DNA of 64,000 nt from Mobula hypostoma (GCF_963921235.1 NC_086097.1:70062001-70126000), one strand, 5' to 3'. Positions 39,540-52,948 are shown, counted from the first letter of the stretch. The notes: a model not told the origin generated them from the sequence alone. Program-made: numbers and translations.

Positions 39540-40667
39540 TATAATTTGTCTTCCACTTTTTAAAAAGGAGGAAACAAAAGCCTCCACCTCCAGCTCATGT
39601 TATCATTTCAGCAGGGCCATGGGTCCTTTCCTTTTTAAGTATACATTATAGATGCTTTCAACAGAGCAGCTCTTCTCCCCCCCTCGCCCTCACAGAGTAT
39701 TAGTGCTAGTGGATGTATCATGCAATCAAAGTGTCAAGTGAAGAAAGTTTAATTCTGGGCTCTACCTACAGGACACTACTGTGAGAGTGCATTCATCATA
39801 TGGATGGTAACATTCCCCACAATCTTACCAGCACCTTCAAAGCACAAGCCAGGAAGGAGTGTGTTGGAATATACCACATATCATTAAATAAGTGGAAATC
39901 AAGAATTTAAAGGAACTTCACAGTAATGTTATCAAATAGCAACTGACGCTGTGTGAGACAGAATAGTAGATGACTGATAATCTTGTACAAAATTTTAAGG
40001 AGCATCATTTTGAAAGAAACTAGAGGTTGGATTGTTTTAGGCAAAAAATTTCAGAACTCCTATATTTGGCCACTGAAGGAACGATGGCCAGGGATGATCA
40101 AGATTTCAAAACTGGAGAAAATCTAGAGAGCCTGGAGAATTCTAAAAGTGATGCAGGCTGAACTGATACAGAGGGTGAGAGCATGCAACATTTGAAAACA
40201 AGAATGGGATGAAATTTAAAGAAAAATTGAGACTCTCCTTAACAGGGAGGACAGGAGAGACAAAGATTTATCATGCAGGGTCATAAAGAGAACTGGATGA
40301 CTCAAAAGCTCTGAAGTGTGATGCCAGCCAGAATAAAACAGTCTGCTGGTCTGGCATCCTATCTAATGCCACAAGCCTTCAGCATCTCAATTATCTGCAT
40401 TTGTGCGGATTTTCCAATAAAACATTCATAGCTACAATCCCCAAAACTACCTTAATAGTTCTTCCCAAATTCCCTGCCACTCAGGTCAATAAGCATGAAC
40501 AGAAAACCCACTTCCTCCAAATCACACACCACTTCATGGAAATGTAATCACTATTATCGAGGTTAAAATCCTGGATCTTCCAAATGAAAAACATCACTCA
40601 AGGATGAACTCCAACAGTTCAAAAAGGTGGCTCACCACCATCTTCACAAGACAATCTGGGAGTCCGC

Positions 40668-41083
40668 TGTGACAAAGACCAGTCACTGATTACAGACAGC
40701 ACATGGCACACACGGTAAAACACTCATCCCCAGCAGTAATCGTGACTGGGTCTGAACCAGAGCTGCTGCATGGAGCTGTCTCATATGCAGGCAGCAGCAA
40801 CCTGCACAGGTGTGCTGATGGTGGAAGATACCATCTTTAATTGGATGATTGAGTTAATTAGCTTTTGGTTGGTCTAGGGGGAGGGGCTTAGCAGTTATGA
40901 GCCTCAGGTTACCAAGGCTTTGGGGTTAGTTTTCTTTTGTGTTTAGTCTGAGGGTGGCTATATATATTGTTTTGTCCAGTCTTTGTCTTGTTTTGAGGTA
41001 AATAAAAGCACCTCAATCTAGTTTTGCGACTCAAGCCATCTTGTTATTTTTCTTAAACAATTGACCCACAGTTTTTTGTGACA
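40668..41083 (+). mobile_element. Probable solo LTR (Gypsy-like) inserted in an old SINE/L2-type tail
   Basis: Near-inverted termini TGTGACAAAG...TTTGTGACA and an internal AATAAA at ~41001; TSD not convincing. Confidence 0.5.
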
Positions 41084-41595
41084 TCGGCAATGCCTGTATT
41101 CCACAAATAAATACATAAAAACTGTCAATTTCTGTAAAGAATTTGGCTCTGTGAAGTAATAAGTTCAATGAATACAATATACTAAAAATGAATAGTGCTT
41201 TTTGATCAGCAATGACAACAAATTGGTTTAATCCAAAATTTAAAAAAAAATCCAATCCTTACCTTACAATTCCAAAGTAACCTTTACCTATTTTTCATAA
41301 AGTTGTACATTTAAATGCAATGGACATTTTAGACAGTCTTTGGGTGAGAATGTCACAATTATCTGAACAATAATCAGACCAGAAAAGCAGTACCCAATGT
41401 TTCCACTAGGAAGTGCTAATTACTTGGATCACAGAGGGCAAGGAAACAAAGACTTAAATACTACGTGGATCCCTGGATAAGCAATTTGAAAATTTAGTAC
41501 CTAGGGCACAATGCACAGCAACTCTGTCCTGGGATATATTGATTTAGTTTCCCTGGCTTCCCCAGTATTATATTTTACTTTTTGAGAGAGCAATT

Positions 41596-41608
41596 CGCCA
41601 TCTAGTGG
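41596..41608 (-). promoter_or_regulatory. Candidate CTCF-binding site
   Basis: CCACTAGATGGCG on minus, a close match to the CTCF core, in unique sequence just downstream of SCFD1. Confidence 0.5.
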
Positions 41609-41846
41609 GAAAAAGTTCTACCGGATACAATCTGATTGATCTTAAAATACATGGTTTCAGGTTTAGCCTGTTTCAGTTAAAGACCATTGAGAATGTGACA
41701 TTTTTGAGCAGGGAAGTGAAATGCCGAAGACAAGATCCACCTCCCAATTACATACATCTTATAGGTTGCATTTAAAATAAATATATCATATGCTATAATT
41801 GGGAGGAGAAATTGTAAAATTAAAACAATAAATACATTATCACTGA

Positions 41847-42605
41847 AATTCCAAGTACGTTTATTATCAAAGTATGTATACCATATACAACCTTGAGATT
41901 CATCTTCTTGCAGGCAGCCACAAAACAAAGAAACACAATAGAATTCACAAAAACCCCCAGCCCACAAAGACAGTCATACATCCAATGTATGAAAAAGAAA
42001 GAACAAACTGTGCAATCAATAATTTAAAAAAAGCAAACAAGCAATAAACAGAAGATGAACTGCAGAAGCCCTGAAAGTAATTCCACAGCCACGGAGCCGG
42101 TCCAGGAGGCCGATGCTGCAAATCACAGCCACGGAGCCATGGTCAGTGCTGAGGCGAATGCCGATAGCCTCAGGCCGCAGCTGCAGCTGCAGATTCAGTT
42201 GAGCACTGATGTGGATAAAGCCTCCTGGAGTAGTGAGCTAAACTGAACACTGGTTTATCCTCTGCTCTCGGCCTTGACAAATTAATCTTTTTAATCTGGC
42301 TCGGTGCTTAAATCAGTTCATTTTCTGCTCTCAGGCCCAAGTCTTGCTGCTTCAGTCCAGCCCCAAGTATGCTCCAGCAATGGCCATGGTGTCCTAATCT
42401 GTATTCTCGAGAGTCCAGTTTGCCAAATATTTCAGGATACCACATAAATGCCAGGTCGTATAGACAGCTCAAAAGCAGACCTCCCAGTGGGAAATTACAG
42501 GCTGCAGATTACTGTGATCATAGTTCCGAAAAAGCATATTTAGTAGAGTTGTTAGTAGCTTTGAATGCTGCCTGCAAGGCACTGCCATGTCTTGCCATCT
42601 TCGCA
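41847..42605 (-). mobile_element. Non-autonomous retroelement with a Rex1-type 3' tail
   Basis: Begins aagatggc; ends gttgtatatggtatacatactttgataataaa, like the Rex1 tails at ~38000 and ~61100. Confidence 0.6.
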
Positions 42606-42657
42606 AGAATTATAGTATTAATTGGAATTACTGACTCTAAAGATTTCTATTTTCAAA

Positions 42658-42663
42658 TTTATT
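42658..42663 (-). terminator. SCFD1: Polyadenylation signal of SCFD1
   Basis: AATAAA on minus about 195 nt after the stop codon, following an AU-rich 3' UTR. Confidence 0.7.
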
Positions 42664-42857
42664 TCAACTATTTGAACAGTTACATGATATACAGTTTGGT
42701 ATTAAAATGACAGAAATCACATCCAATTGCATCGAATTATCAAATAAGCATAAGTAATAATGTAAATAAAGTATGACATGACATTGCCGTATTAAAATTT
42801 GCCTTCTGTGTTTTCCCCACCTTTCAACGAAGATGTATAGAGAGAACAATGGTGGTC

Positions 42858-42884
42858 TTAACTCTGAGATCCAAGCTGTGATAG
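42858..42884 (-). CDS. SCFD1: Sec1 family domain-containing protein 1 (Sly1), final coding exon
   Basis: Acceptor tttttctgtcgttcag, then LSQLGSQS* in phase 0; human SCFD1 as recalled ends LSQLGQK. Confidence 0.9.
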   Translation of the reverse strand, partial: LSQLGSQS

Positions 42885-43544
42885 CTGAACGACAGAAAAA
42901 TAATTTCAGTTAGATAATGTAAGTAGACAGACATGGTAAGAACATCTTCAGGCATACCTAGGAATGAATGACTAATCTAATGAAGAATGGTGCTTGCTGA
43001 ATAGCAGAAGTGGCAAGGTAGAACACAGTAATAAACCATTAAACATTAATAGAGACAACCTGAATTCTGCAGCTCAACGACACTCTGCTGAAACTGGTGA
43101 ATAATTGGTCTACTTCTGGAAGGATATTTTATGGACATTCTCAGCCTCAGTCATACCTGGACTTAGCACAAATATGAGGCAAAGTTGAAATTGCTTCTTA
43201 GATAAAGGCACTTTGAATGATATCCGCCCGCTTGTAAGGGTATCAAGGACCAGTATCCATGCAATTCAGTTTGTTTTTCGTGTGTCATTACAAAAAAGGC
43301 AGGGCAAAGGGTGAGAGTCCTGGTAAACCACTCATGTTTTGATGCTTAAGAACTGTACACCAGAACTGCATTTCTCGAGCAGTCCCTTAGGATCAAGAAT
43401 GACTTGCTTCTGTTCCAGTTCTGAAAGTTCTGGGGTGGTTAATGAGGCCACTGGAGGCCCTGCAGACTCTAGCACAAATTGAGCAAAATTGACCTGAGTT
43501 TCTCTCGAAGGAGAGCAGGCTTGTGATAAGGTGAATCTAGGCAA

Positions 43545-44130
43545 GTGAGAGAGTGGGAGAGTGGGAATTATGTAAGAAGTAGGAAGGTGATGTGGAAGTT
43601 ACCAAGGATTGAAGAAAATGGAATCCCATAGGAGAGGAGAGTGGACTATGGAATAATGGGAAAGAGGAGAGGAGGAAAACAGGAGGGAAGAATTTGTGGG
43701 TTGTAGGCTGATTGAGAGGGCAGGGGAGGTGAAAAAGAAGTATAGGAGCCAGTGGGATAAGGGAAAACATAGGGGGCAGAGGGGAATGGTTACCAGAAGT
43801 TGGAGAAATTGATGTTTATGCCATGATGTGGAGGCTACTAAGGCAGAATGAGGGGTTATTCCTCTAATCTGCATTTAGCATCGATTTGTCAATAGAGGAG
43901 ACTGTGGACAAATACCTTGATGTGGAATTAAAATAAATGGCCACCAGGAAATCCTGGCTCTTATGGCAGATGAAGAAATCCCTCAATCTGTGTTGTGTCT
44001 CATTGATGCAGAGGATGTTGCAACAGATGTAATAAATGTTACCAATGGATTCACAAGTGAAGTGCTGCCTCACAAGGACTGTTTGGCATCCTGAATGTTG
44101 GTGTTGGAGGAGGTGCAGGGGTAGATGCAG
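43545..44130 (-). mobile_element. Decayed Penelope element
   Basis: ORF 43864..44253 contains VRQHFTCESIGNIYYICC...ETQHRLRD...VAIYFNS. Confidence 0.7.
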
Positions 44131-44709
44131 AGTTAGGGTGTTTCTAAACAATTTTGAGTTGTGCTCTAGGTTTCCAGCGTCTGTAGTCCCTTTCATAAGT
44201 CTTAAGAATTTCTGACAATTTGTTCTGACAAGTTTGTTCTGCTTGTTGGACAACTGTACTTGGGGCCCTGAACAGTATATGGGACTTGCTCTGTGACATT
44301 ACTTTGGCTATGCACCTCTAGCTTAAGATCTCTTTCACTGCAAAGTTTGGAGTTGTTTCCTTGCTTCAGATATTGCCCAGTTATGATGCAGCCATATCAA
44401 GCTTAGGCTAGATACCTAGTTCCAAGATATCATAATGTGATTATAATGCCATTAATTTGAAGGTAGTTACGGTAAAGGTTAGGTCTGGTCCTCGGGCTGA
44501 GTTCCGAATTGGAGAAAAGCCCACTCTGATGGTATCAGAAAGGATCTGGCAAGTGTGGATTGGGACATAACGTTTTCTGGCAAAGGTGTACTTGGTAGGT
44601 GGGAAGACTCAAAAGTGAAATTTTGAGAATATAAAACCTGTATATGCCTGCCTGTCAGAATAAAGGCAAGGATAACAAGTTTAGGGAACCCTTGTTTTTG
44701 AGATATATT

Positions 44710-46620
44710 GAGGACATGGTTAAGAAAAAAAAAGGGGGTGCATTGCAGGTATAGGCTGGTAGGAACAAATAAGGTACTTGAGTATAAGAAATGCAATAGA
44801 GCACTTTAGAAGGACATCTGGAGGGCTAAAAGATGGCATGATGAGGTTGCTCTTGCAGACAAGGTGAAGGAGAATCTCAAGGGCTACTACAGATACATTA
44901 AGCAAAAGGATTACAAGGGTTAAAATTGGTCCTCTGGAAGATCAGAATAGTAATCTATGTGTGGAGCCAAAAGAGATGGGGAAAATCTTAAGTGGATTTT
45001 TTTGCATCTGCATTTACCAGGGAGACGAACACAGAATCTATAGAAGTGAGGCAAAGCAGCAGGGAGATCCTGGATTCCATACAGATTACAGAAGAGGAGG
45101 CGTTTGCTGTCTTGAGGCAAATCAGGGTGGACAAATCCTCAGGGCCTGATAAGGTGTTCCCTTGGAGCCTGTGGAAGGCAAGTGAAGAATTTGCAGGGGC
45201 CCTAGCAGGGATTTTTAAATCAACCTTAGTGACAGTTGAGATACTGGAGGATTAGAGGACAGGTGATGTTGTTCTGCTGTTTAAGAAAGGCTCTAAGAAT
45301 GAACCAGAAAATTACAGGCCCCTGAGCCTCACATCCATTGTGGGAAAGCTACTGGAAGGCATGCTAAGAGATCGGATATAAGAGTAATTGGATAGACTGT
45401 GATTGATTACGGCATAGCTTTTTGCATGGTAGGTCGTATCTAATTTACCTTATAGAGCTTTTTGAGGATGTTACCAGGAAACCTGATGAAGGTAGTGGAT
45501 GTTCTCCACATGGAGTTTATCAAGGCATTTGACAAGATCTCTCATGGGTAGTTGGTCAAGAAGGTTTGGTCAGTTGGTATTCATGATGAGTTAGTAAATT
45601 GGATTAGACGTCGGCTTTATGGGAGAAGCCAGAAAATGCCAGTAGGTGGTTGCCTCTCTGACTGGAGGCCTGTGACTAGTGGAGTGCTGCAAGGATTGGT
45701 GCTGGGTCCTTTGTTGTTTGTTATCTATATCAACGATCTGGATGACAATGTAGTTAACTGGATTAGCAAATTTATGGACGACACCAAGATTGGGGGTGTA
45801 GTCGACAGTGAGAAAGCTCGGCGTGGGTATTGGACCAGCTGGAAAAATGGGGTGAAAAATGGTAGATGGAATTTAATGCAGACAAGTGTGAGGTGTTGTA
45901 CCTTGGGAGGACCAATCAGAGTAGGTCTTACACAGTGATTGGTCGGGGACCGATGAGTGGCTTAGAACAAAGGATCTGGGAATACAGGTCCAAAATTGTG
46001 TTACAGATAGGTAGGGTCGGTAAGAAGGCTTTTGCCATATTGGCTTCATAGATTAAAGTACTGCGTACAGGAGTTAGGATGTTATGTTGAAGTTGTGTAC
46101 AACGTTGATGAGGCCGAACTTGTGCAATTTTGGTCAGCTACCTACAGGAAAAATGTAAAAAGATTGAAAGATTACAGAGAATATTTACAAGGATGTTGCC
46201 ATGACTGGAGGACCTGAGTAATAAATTAAGATTAAGTAGGTTAGAACTTTAATCCCTAGAACGTAGGGATACAAAATTATGAGGCTTATAGACAGGGTAA
46301 ATGCAAACAGGCTTTTTCCACTGAGGTTGCGTGGGAGTACAACTAGAGGTCATGGGTTAAGGGTGAAAGGTGAAATGTTTAAGAGGAACATGAGGGGGAA
46401 CTTCTTCACTCAGAGTGGTGAGAGTGTGGATCTACCTGCCAGCATAAGTGGTGGATGCGGTTTCGATTTCATTGTTCAAGATGTTTGGATAGGAACACAG
46501 ATGTGAGAGGTATGGAGGGCTATGGTCTGGGTACAGGTTGATGGGAGTAGGCAGTTTAAATGGCTAGGCATGGACTGGATGGGCCAAAGGACCAGTCTCT
46601 GTGCTGTAGTTTTCTATGAC
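44710..46620 (+). mobile_element. Degenerate CR1 LINE in the last SCFD1 intron
   Basis: DKSSGPD, SGVLQGLVLGPLLFVIYINDLD and KFMDDTK; CR1-type 3' tail. Confidence 0.88.
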
Positions 46621-46878
46621 TTCATATGATCAAGTAACTGCAACAAGAGAATGCTAACTTCTCACTGTCCACCAATAGTACACCATTGGAGAAGCAATTT
46701 TAACCAGACCCTTTAAGTATAAATTAATTAGCTTGGAACACATCTTATGTCACTATGCACAAATACTAAGACCACAAGTCACTGCCTGCTAGCTTTGCTT
46801 CAGAATCAGATTAATATGTATTAATCATACAGATACTGCTCTTTTAATCAGTACCACATGCAAATAAAAATACTGTAC

Positions 46879-46947
46879 CTGCTTCAGGAATTGACTAGCA
46901 TTGAAGAGCTCGCTGCAGCCATATAATACATGTTTACCTGGTTTACT
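46879..46947 (-). CDS. SCFD1: SCFD1 penultimate exon
   Basis: ttttattcag|SKPGKHVLYGCSELFNASQFLKQ|gtacag; 69 nt, phase 0-0; matches recalled human GKQGKHILYGCSELFNATQFIKQ. Confidence 0.96.
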
Positions 46948-48417
46948 CTGAATAAAAATAAAAGGAATGAATTTATTCTCGAGTATAATACATAGAGTGA
47001 CATCTGAATTGAGGCCATGACTTGAGAATCAATAAGGAAAATCAGTTAAAATTATTGTATGGACATAATAATGACCTTATTCTTTTGACAAGTATTCAGA
47101 ATTTTTTTTTTACATATCTTGCCCTGCAATGCTGTACGATCAAAAAAGATATCTCTGTGCTTCTATGCATAACTAGTTGTTGCTGCCTCATAACTTAATA
47201 AAGACCATATTCCCCTAAAGGTGTTAAAGCTTTGGCTGATACCATGAGTGACGTGGGCAAACGGGTGTTGAGTTCCCACGAGACATCGTTGGTAATACAG
47301 CACTGAGAAACATGGTGCGGCAAATCATCCTGAAGTCAGACCCCACTATCATCATCTCATTGTTAACACTCCCTTGTATGCTCCCAGGCACCTTTGTCTC
47401 ACCTGGACTCCAGAGTTTGTCACCCTGTATTGCTATGTAGTCACATCAAGTATCACCCTTAAACAAAGTTTAAATGATGTAGGGATGGTGCAGCTGGCTC
47501 ACAATTTTATCATAACCAATCAAGGATGACAAAAATTGCAGTGCCTCAAAAATGTGAAATGCATTAATAAACATTCTGCGATAATTCCAATGCCAGAACA
47601 TTTTCTCCACAGTAATTTTAATACATATTTGAAATTTAAATTGAATGCAAGGTTTAAGTGCATAAATACTGTTCATTTTATTTTCTGGGATAAGAGGGTT
47701 AAAGGAATTCTACCGACATGACAGTCCCACAGCATTGGAGACCGACCATTAAGGCTAAAGAGAACATGCTGATCACCAGACACCTAACATTCTTTAGAGG
47801 GTAGAAGAATGCTGGGGGTGGTGGGTAGTGATCTTGCGTAAAATCCTTAGAGGTTATGACAGGATAGATGTTGAGATTATTCCACAAATGAGGGGATATA
47901 ATTCCAAGATCAGGGGACGGTAATTTAAAATTGTAATATGTCAGAACTTCTCACAGAGGCAGTGAACCCCTGGCATTTTCTATCCTGGAGGATTGTTGAT
48001 GCTTGGTGATTGGGGTTATTTAAATTTTTCAAAGGTCTGGGAATTGGTGGCTGTGGGGCAAATTAGCTACGATCATACTGAATGTCAGGGATAGTTTTTG
48101 GGCCACTCTAGCACATATTATTTTATATAATCATAGGTATTTATGTCATCTCCTCCCTCAACTATTTTGCCTCTTTTCTATTTAATTTTTTTTATAGATT
48201 ACTTTCTAACCAATTTGACCCATCTCCTGTTTTTGAGTTGTATATCTTTTATTTACCTTCCTTTTTCTTTCTCAGGAAATCAATATTGAAGAACGGATTC
48301 CAACTTTGCTTTCTGTGATTGTTTAGATCAACTGATACTTAAACTAAATTCATGTTCTTAAACGGATTTTCATGCAGGTTTGCAATCACCTTTAGACAAA
48401 CAAACAATTAATGTTGC

Positions 48418-49072
48418 AAACACGAAGAATTCTGCAGATGCTGGAAATTCAAGCAACACACGATCGTTTCGCTGAACACCTACGCTCTGTCCGCCAGAGA
48501 AAGCAGGATCTCCCAGTGGCCACCCATTTTAATTCCACGTCCCATTCCCGTTCTGATATGTCTATCCACCGCCTCCTCTACTGTGAAGATGAAGCCACAC
48601 TCAGGTTGGAGGAACAACACCTTATATTCTGTCTGGGTAGCCTCCAACCTGATGGCATGAACACTGACTTCTCTAACTTCCGCTAATGCCCCACCTCCCC
48701 CTCGTACCCTATCCGTTATTTATTTATATACACATATTCTTTTTCTCTCTCTCCTTTTTCTCCCTCTGTCCCTCTCACTATACCCCTTGACCATCCTCTG
48801 GGTTCCCCCCCCTCCCCCTTTTCTTTCTCCCTGGGCCTCCCGTCCCATGATCCTCTCATATCCCTTTTGCCAATCAACTGTCCAGCTCTTGGCTCCATCC
48901 CTCCCCCTCCTCTCTTCTCCTATCATTTTGGATCTCCCACTTTCAAATCTCTTACTAGCTTTTCTTTCAGTTAGTCCTGACGAAGGGTCTCGGCCCGAAA
49001 CGTCGACTGTACCTCTTTCTAGAGACGCTGCCTGGCCTGCTGCATTCACCAGCAACTTTAATGTGTGTTGCA
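48418..49072 (+). mobile_element. 5'-truncated Penelope element with an inverted tail at its 5' end
   Basis: GIY-YIG C-terminal half DRFAEHLRS...PDGMN; the first ~45 nt are the reverse complement of the 3' tail; acaattaatgt is duplicated at 48404-48414 and 49074-49084. Confidence 0.9.
48973..49008 (+). ncRNA. Minimal type-I hammerhead ribozyme in Penelope pLTR
   Basis: AGTC-CTGACGA-A-GGGTC(TC)GGCCC-GAAAC-GTC-GACT, core intact. Confidence 0.85.
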
Positions 49073-49134
49073 TACAATTAATGTCTCTTCCTTCATCTAA
49101 TACAACAAAGGGAGAAATATCTGAAAATATTTAA

Positions 49135-50840
49135 CTAAGACTATAAGACATAGGAATAAAATCAGGCTATTTGGCCTATTAAGTCTGCCTTGCCATTTTA
49201 TCATGTCTGATCCATTTTCCATCTCAGCCTCTGCCTTGGCCTCCACAGCTGCCTGTGGCAACGAATTCCACAGATTCATCACCCTCTGGATAAAGAAGTT
49301 CCTCCTTTTTTCTGTTTTAAATAGATGTCCCTCTATTCCAAGGCTGTGCTCTCTGGCCCTAGACTCCCACACTATAGGAAGCATCCCCTTCACATGCACT
49401 CTATCAATATTCGATAGGTTTCATTAAGATCACCTCTCATTCCTCTAAATTCCATTGAATACAGGCCCAGAGTCATCAAACACTCCTCATACAATAACCC
49501 TTTAATTCTCAGAATCATTCTCATGAACCTCCTCTGAACCCTCTCCAATGTCAGCACATCCTTTCTTAGATAAGGGGCCCAAAACTGTTCACAACACTCC
49601 ATGTGAGGCCTCACTAATGTGTTATAAAGCCTCAATATTATATCATTGATTTTATAGTCTATTTCTCTCAAAATTAATACTGACAATGCATTTGCTCTCC
49701 CCACCACTAACTCAATCAGCAAGTTAATCTTTAGGGAATCCTGTATGAGGATTCCCAAGTCCCTTTGCGCCTCAGATTTTTGAATTTTCTCCCTATTTAG
49801 AAAATAGTCTACACTTTTATTTCTTCTACCAAAGTGCATGACCATACACTTCCTGACACTGTATTCCATCTGCCACTTCTTTGCCCATTCTCCTATTGCC
49901 TATTGTCCAAGTCCTTCGGCAGCCTCCTTGCTTCCTCAACACTACCTGCAGCCAACCAGGAAAGGTTCCATTTATTTCCACTCTTTTCATCGTACCGATC
50001 AGCCAATCTTCTACCCATGCTAGTATCTTTCCTGCAATACCACGGGCTCTTAATATTGTTAAGCGTCCTCATGCGTGGCACCATGTTAAAGGCCTTTTGA
50101 AAATCCAAGTACACAACATCCACTGATTCAAAGAATTCCAACAGATTTGTCAGGCAAGATTTTCCCTTAAGGAAACCATACTGACTATGGCCTGTTTTGT
50201 CATATGCCTCCAAGTACCATGAAATCTCATCCTTAACAATTGACTCCAACATCTTCCCAACCACTGAGGTCAGGCTAATTGGCCTACAATTTCCTTTCTT
50301 CTGCCTCACTCCCTTCTTGAAGAGTGGAGTGACATTTGCAATGTTCCAGTCCTCCAGAACTATGCCAGAATCTAGTGATTCTTGAAATATCATTGCTAAT
50401 GCCTCCACAATCTCTTCAGCCACCTCCTTCAGAACCCTGGGGTGTAGTCCATCTGGTCCAGGTGGCTTATCTACCTTCAGACCTTTCAGCTTCCCAAGCA
50501 TCTTCTCCCTAGTGTTAGCAACTGCACTCACTTTTGCCCCTGACACATTCAAACATTTGGCATACTGCTAGGGTCTTCCACTGTGATGCAAAATATTTAT
50601 TTAGATCGTCTACTATTTCCTTGTCCCCTATTGCCACCTCTCTTCTGTCATTATCCAGCAGTCCTATAGATACTCTCGTCTCTCTTTATATACCTGAAAG
50701 AAACTTTTGGTATCCTCTTTGATATTATTGGTTAGCTTACCAACATATTTCATATTTTCCCTCTTTAAGGCTTTTCTAGTTGTCGACTGTTCATTTTTAA
50801 AAGTGTCCCGATCCTCTACCTTCCCACTAATTTTTGCTTA
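49135..50840 (-). mobile_element. Degenerate CR1 LINE
   Basis: ORFs 49893..50552 (PGPDGLHPRVLKE, YLDFQKAF) and 49390..49869; central RT deleted. Confidence 0.88.
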
Positions 50841-52882
50841 ATGTGAGTTAGTCTTGCATTGATGTACTCTTGTTCTATAATCATGGCTCAAATGAAGCTG
50901 GTGTCCACATATGTCACGTCTCAAAGCTTTTAAACCATAATCTGTCCCATACACCTTTAATTAGACAGTTCTTAAGATTTTCCTTCGTATATTATCATCC
51001 CTGGATTCATTCTAGATCACTTTCATTTGAGTGCCTCATTTACATGTTGCAACTTAGTGGTGGGCACAGGATAAAGGGAATATTAAAACAAAATCGAAAA
51101 TAGTGCTGTAAAAACACTAAAGAAAATGAACACTAATTATAACGACAGGACAGGTGAGATGTCAAACATTGTGAATACCATTCCACTAACTTATTTAACT
51201 GTGTCTATGACTCTATTAAGTGGTGTCAAGCAGAGGTTAGTCAAAAGGAGGGAAGAAATGAATGAATCTTGTATAAATTTTCATTAACTGGACTACTCAG
51301 ATTATGCTGCAAACTAGCCTTTAACTGGCTAGTTTTATTGATATAATCCATATTGCTTAGCTAAAATCCAATAAAAAGGTATTAAATTTCATCAGAAATT
51401 ATTATCTAAGCTGTATAATTTGCTCACTGTCCCAGGAACATTTATGTCAAAAATATCAGTTTTCCTATCAGCTACAAGCAGATTTCTTAAATTTCTAATA
51501 CATTAATGCCTCAGGGTAAGCTACACATTGCTTACAAATACAGCCTTTTTGAAATCAATCGCAACAAGTTGAAATTTTATTTTATTCTTCTACATCTGAA
51601 GATCTACTCTTGAAATATGATCTAATTCATTCTCTCCAGAAATAATGCTTCAACTGGTGAGACTTGATATTTATGCAAAATGTTTTTTTAAAATAACAAA
51701 CATTGCTTATCTGGAAATCATAGCTCAACTTAATCAATTTTACCTTTTCATTTTTAGGTGTTATGGGTATTACTGGTGACTTCAGAATTTAATTTCTATA
51801 CTTTAATGCCCTTAAAAAGGGAGTAATGAATCAGTCCTTGATTTGCTATAATGCCCCCTACACCCAGTGACGGTAGGCCAACAATGTGGTTGGCAGGGAG
51901 TTCCCGATCTTACAGTGGACTTGGTGATGATGAAGGTAGAACGATGTATTTCTGAGTCAGGATGGTGTGCAACATGGAGGAGAATTTGCAGGTGGTGGTG
52001 TACCTTCACGCTTGCTGCTGCTCTCCCATTCAGTGGTAAACTTTGCCAGTTTGGGTACTGTTGTCAGAGTAACATATGCAGTGCTTTTGATGATGGAAGC
52101 TAAACTACATTGTGGGAAATGGTAGATGTTTAGGTAGGTGGATAAGATGCCAGTCAAACAATAGGGTCTCTTTCTCTTAAGAGACTCTTTAGGTAGGTGC
52201 ATGGAGCTTAGAAAAATAGAGGGCTCTGTGCTAGGTAAACTCTAGGCAGTTTCTGGAGTAGGTTACATGGTTGGCACAATATTGTGGGCTGAAGGGCCTA
52301 TAATGTGCTATAGAATTCTATGTATCTATGTTTCAAACTGGCTGTTTCTTTTGGATGGTGTTGAACTTCAATCACTCAGGCAATGGAGAGTACAGTAACA
52401 AAGGCAATGGCCTACAAAATGAACAAACCCAAATTCTCTTTTGGACTATTTAGTCCTTTTTACCTCATGAAATTTTAAATCCATTGTTTTATGTTTTGCA
52501 AATTCCCTCTTAAGTTTCAGAATAGTACAGAAGATACACAGCACAATATCAGAATGAGCAGCCCACATGATCTGACAGTCTATGGCCCACACAACCTGAA
52601 ACAATGATGGGTGCTTTTGATGAGTTATTTCCATTTAGATATTCAACTCTCTTCCAATATTTCTTTTGCATGTTACTAATGTGGGATTAATAAATATGTT
52701 GATTTCAGAAGTTTGATTTACTTTTCCAAGCAATATGCAGTTTGAGGTTTATTTTTCCATTTGAGTGGAAATTTCACTGTCTCGATTCTCCTGAGGACCA
52801 TTAGCATTTTAAAGATACTCGCTCTTTGCTCACGATGCATCCTTAATTACTTTATGTATGTGCACATTAAATATTCCCTTAC

Positions 52883-52948
52883 CTTTGTGTAGTCAACAAG
52901 GTTTTGATATTCAATATAATTTCCACCACCGACAACAAAGGCAATGGC
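52883..52948 (-). CDS. SCFD1: SCFD1 third-from-last exon
   Basis: tttgtttattttctag|AIAFVVGGGNYIEYQNLVDYTK|gtaagg; 66 nt, phase 0-0; Sly1 signature FVVGGGNYIEYQNL. The preceding exons were not found in the window. Confidence 0.97.

Noticed and set aside
41020..41093. Apparent second kinase exon (HCRCHKK...)
   Set aside because: It spans the junction of an old SINE-like tail and the solo LTR, so it is repeat-derived.
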